DNA from: Phallusia mammillata
Taxonomy: Eukaryota
NCBI GenBank assembly: GCA_965637545.1
Contig: OZ281495.1
Coordinates: forward strand, 20,770,001-20,834,000
Direction of reading: 5' to 3'
DNA: 64,000 nucleotides
The notes under the pieces are model-generated. The model had not been told where the DNA came from, made no database searches, and saw only the letters and a program-made list of their open reading frames with translations. Shown one piece after another: positions 59,590 to 64,000 of this stretch; position 1 is the stretch's first letter, and each line of letters starts with the position of its first letter. The position numbers and the translations under genes are program-made.

Positions 59590-59907
59590 CAGTGGTTCTC
59601 ACGCAACCAGGGCCCATGGCCCACCAGGTGTGCCACGAACAGAAACACCCGCTAAAAGCCAACACTATTCCCTAATTTAATCGACTGTTTCACATACTAT
59701 TTGTCTATATTGAGGTTTTTGACGATTACGGATTCTTGTTTACTCTATTCGATCAGTTTATAGCCGAAATTAGTACCGAATTCCAACACGAGATTGCCAT
59801 TTACATTTTTACGGGCGGCCACAGGTCCTATAGGGTTACTTGAAGGGGGCCACTAGGCCCAAAAGTTACTTTGGGGGGCACGGCCCACGAAAGGTTGAGA
59901 ACAACTG
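59590..59907. mobile_element. hAT MITE, 318 bp
   Basis: TIRs CAGTGGTTCTCA / TGAGAACAACTG; perfect TSD GGTTATCT. Confidence 0.88.
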
Positions 59908-60604
59908 GGTTATCTGGTAAAAATTTTCCCTTTTTTGTTGGTATCAGGTCTTTGAAAATGTTGACTCAAGTCAGACTCGAGACTCCATCACTGCTAATTT
60001 GTATAAAACAAGGTATAACTGCCTTGACGTTAAACTTCCCAAGGTACGTACAGACCAATTAAAAATGCTAATACAAAAGCAAACAGCAAATTAAACGTCT
60101 TCACACACACGACTGTTGCTGTATGAACGTTGCAAATATGGTCCAAAGAAGTACCTCGCTTATTAACAAAGTTGTGACCAAAATAAATATGTGTAACAAA
60201 TGCTATTATAACGTTAAGAAAACTCACCAGCACTGTGTAGTCAGCACAAATGTGCACTTAGCACCATGACCTATGCTTGTCCAATTTACAAGGTATATGC
60301 CGATTCACACCACTACTTACACGACTTACACTGCAATAAATGTTACCGTTGACATTGCTAATTCTTACCAAACAACGGACACAACTGTGGCACAAAAAAG
60401 AACATCAAAACGAGATCTCGCTACAATTCGCGCATGCACCCAGGTAAGATTCATAAAATTTGTTGCATAGAGTTGCACTACTAAAAAATCAAAATCCACA
60501 TTCGTCAATCAGCATCAGCATTTTTTCAGTTTTAAGCATTTTTTTAAAGAACATACACTTTTGACCCTGCAATTTTTAACCTAATAATTATGGACCGCCT
60601 AGAC

Positions 60605-62060
60605 CAGGGGTGGGCAAACTACGGCCCGCGGGCCGCATGCGGCCCGACAAAGGAATTAATGCGGCCCGCCAAATGTTAGTAGATTTTAAAGGGAAAGCCG
60701 AACAACGCTAAATAATATTAGCACAGGCGGAGAGTTTTAAAAATACCAGAGTGCGACTTGCCGATACCTATACCATATATATACATTATCTGTACCTGTA
60801 CATATACTTTGGGACTGAACACAAATACTTTTTACGTGCTTTAGCCAGTGGCGTAGGCAGCCGAAAATTTTGGAAGGGGCCAAATAAATTTTGTCGCCTA
60901 CCCTTTATTCCCTAACGATAGGCGTAGGGCGTGTTTTTATCAAACAAGTGATTTTACAAACTGGGGTTCGACTGCACAGTCAAACGCTTGAATTACTTTT
61001 TTCATGTCTGCATTAATATCTTAATCACAAACATTACTGCCAAGCAGGGGAGGCTCGTGCGAGGGGGCTGCGGAGCTGCAGCACCCCCAGTATTTTTACT
61101 TGACATTCCTATTCCAAGTTGTTGTACAAAACAATCTTTACATATAGTTTTTATGTTTGATCAGTGTATACTAAGAATAACTTTTATGGCATTAATCGGC
61201 ATTTTATTAAAATAAAGTTAATAAAAAATTTGTATTATTTAAAAAAATTTTTTTTTTTTAAATAATAAGTTATCTATGGCGGAGCTGCAGCTCCAGTTTC
61301 GTGACGTTTCATGACGTTTTCAGTTGTGCGCATGCGCACTTGGAAAAGCTACATGCCGGGCGAAATAGGCGAGAGGGGGCTGTGGCTCGCGCAGCCCCTC
61401 CCGTGACGTAGCGCTAGTTGTGTTGTCTGCTGCGCGTCAGTGAGCTCCAAAGCCAAACCCGTGTACTGTGTTTTTAAGTTTGACAATGAGTGCAGTTAAA
61501 TAATTATTTTGCTATCATTAAATTTATTGTTTGACTGTTAGTCGTGACTTTTTAAGATGACTGTAAGTGGGTTTCAGTTTTTACAGTTATCATTGAATTA
61601 AATAAGTGTATCTAACACCTTGAAAAAGAAAAAAAGGTCATCTAACACCTTTAAAAGTCACAATTAACCTTTATAATAAATAACTGAATTAAAAAGATTT
61701 ATGAAAGTATGGGAAAAACATCTGCTACTCCAATGTCATGCAGGAATAAGCAACAACAAGAAATACTCAGTTTTAGTTCCTAATGCTACCAAAGAAAAAT
61801 TAAATTTGTGACTGTGAAGTTAAATGCCTCACTGAAATTCAGGCAATATCAAATGCAGAACAAACAACTGCAAGCAACAGGAATTTTGAAATGAAGACAA
61901 AAAAAGAGTGAAGACAATTTAAAGTGTGGATTTCTTAACACACCATGTGGACAGTATTTGCAACCAAGTGCAATCATGTGTATTGATATAATGGACATGT
62001 ACTGTTTGTCTAAACAGTAGCTGAAGCGTTTAAAGCGTGATCCAACACGTAAGTCGGAAC
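60605..62060 (+). mobile_element. Decayed hAT (Buster-like) left end with BED-finger remnant and nested MITE pieces
   Basis: Terminus CAGGGGTGGGCAAACTACGGCCCGCGGGCCGC at 60605; ~61900-62060 reads EDNLKCGF...LKRLKR, resembling a ZBED5-type N-terminus; linkage of the two parts is uncertain. Confidence 0.45.
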
Positions 62061-62273
62061 GCATCCTCAATAAATTTGTGGGGAAATTGCATACACCGAC
62101 GTGCAACAGTTTTCACAACGTGCAATAGTTTTCACCTGTTTCATCATTTTTAAAACAAATACGCATAGTTTTAGTTTGTCATTATCGACTTTGTAGCACA
62201 TAAAGAAAAATATTTCACGCTCAATGTACAGATATAATGTACAAAGTATTGTCCAATATTCGGAATAAATTAA

Positions 62274-62632
62274 AAATTCATTCCGCGCCTAATATTTTAC
62301 TATAAATTGGCAAAGATGTAGCCTACGAGTAGTTTGAGAAAGTAGTTTTAACTCGTTAAGCGATATTTATTGTTTCATTCCGTATTTGCCAACGAAATGA
62401 CTTTTACGGATGCCTGTTCCCAATTGTCGCTCACACATAAACGTATTTGCAGTGTAATGTCCAATCTTGTGAATGAAATAAAGTTCATTCCGCGCCTAAT
62501 ATTTTTCTATAAAATGGCACAGGTGTACGTTAGAGCAAATAGTCTTAACTCGTTAAGCGATATTTATGGTTTTTCCTCATTTGCCAGCGAAGTGACCTTT
62601 GCCGATGCCTGTTCTCAATTGTCGCTTACACA
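62274..62632 (+). repeat. Two diverged direct copies (~207-bp period)
   Basis: ttcattccgcgcctaatattt...ttaactcgttaagcgatattta...gatgcctgttc.caattgtcgct.acacat occurs at ~62275 and ~62482. Confidence 0.8.
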
Positions 62633-64000
62633 TCATCGATTCCGCCATTCGTTTTCCATCAATGACGTTTGTTTTAAAACACAACAATCGACACCTATAA
62701 ATGGCGAAATTTTATTTCAAATCCAAAATTTTTGTGTCTAATTATCTTTTACGGCACTCGGTCAAATAACATCATTACACGTTTTTTCAAAAAAAAATTC
62801 GTTTAGAATTTCGTTTCGAAACGAAAAAGTATCATACGAAACGAAATTTCGTTTCAAAACGAAAGTCAAAACGAAATGAAAAAACTTTATGCATTTACAT
62901 ATTGGCTGAACGGTCGTAGTGCGCACAATCACAAAACAATCGTGAGCTACCGTTTTAGAACGCATATTATATGAAAGGTTTTGATAGGCTCCGCAAAAAA
63001 ACTTTCTGAAGAGATTCCAATTTAAACAAAACAAAAAAACGATCCCGACCTAGTCGAACTTTATCCAAGGGCTATTTTCGAATCAAACATGATATGCCAG
63101 AAATATAGTGCGGTTAGCACAGAAGTTTTTGTTTAACGAGTACATATGATTTCCTAGTGTAATTCTAATAACAATGTTCAGTTGGATGAAGTTTGTAATT
63201 AACCTCCTAAACTTTTGCAATCTTCTAATTAAATTATATTTAAAATTGATCGGTATACCTTCTACATTATAGAGAGGTGCTAATGGAGAAATTTTATGGG
63301 TTAAACAGGCAAACTAATAAAATAAATAACTGTGAACTGAGACTTCTTTCTGGCGACTGGCACCATCAAATTTATTTCAATCTTTTAAACATTTTTGCTT
63401 TTATATCAGTTATTACGCATCTACACGATTATATTTATCAGTGTAAAATTTGTATCTGATTTTACGCAAAGCTGATGGTAAAACTCCAATCAACCCTTTC
63501 GGGAAGAAAATCCTTAATGAGGAGACTCAATCATCACTTGCATCACCAAATTGTGCTTGTTACTTTTGACAGTTTTCCTGCCACTATTTTACAAAAAAAT
63601 TTGCTAACTTACTTGCCATACAACGCGAGCAAACATGTAAAATGGTTCTAAAGATATACTCTTTCGACGTCATTGACAGTAAATAAAATATTTTTTGGGA
63701 CTTTAATTCAAATTCAAATGACGTGGCATGCTTGTTTGAAACCGGATGTTTGTGTGACTGTGATTGTCCCACGAAACTTGACGATATAAACCGAGCACTT
63801 GCCTTGGTTCTTACGTGTAACAAACCACCCAGAGTGTGAAAGTATTTTTCATCAATGTCTCAGGTTTTGGAAATTAGCTACAAACTCAAAAACTAAAAAA
63901 ACTCAAGTTTTGTCGACGCGTCGACGCCAGCATACGTCCAAGGCTACAAAAAACTGCACCTTTACAAGTTTTCAATGTGATTTCAGTTAGGTCTAAAACA

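Noticed and set aside
1-64000. Prokaryotic or viral system
   Set aside because: Spliceosomal introns, metazoan TE families and low coding density; no operon-like bacterial ORFs.

Overview
AT-rich animal genomic DNA with spliceosomal introns, probably a marine invertebrate (tunicate-like); the species cannot be determined from this window. The host content is a glycan-modification cluster. It has an intact 3-exon NXPE-family (SGNH, GDS...DxH) gene on the minus strand (48267-45946). It also has four copies or fragments of a divergent heparan sulfate 3-O-sulfotransferase (HS3ST)-like gene, each with at least one disabling lesion: copy A (45529-22969, one in-frame TAA, a 21-kb last intron packed with TEs), copy B (22419-18979, pseudogene), copy C (1031-2137, + strand, frameshifted) and an orphan exon D (4294-4468). 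Most of the remaining sequence is transposon-derived: a very young Gypsy LTR element (269-bp LTRs, 1 mismatch, tRNA-Ser PBS), a 6.3-kb CACTA/EnSpm element with an intact transposase and a spliced second gene, two nested BEL/Pao elements, Penelope-like (RT + GIY-YIG) copies inside a ~7-kb degenerate inverted duplication, decayed hAT transposases and more than a dozen MITEs with 8-bp TSDs. The most unusual structure is a 340-bp TSD-flanked insertion inside the CACTA element: a perfect 84-bp inverted repeat whose loop is a complete tRNA-like cloverleaf with A/B boxes and its own T5 terminator. There are two N-gaps at 49567-49969 and 50167-50320.
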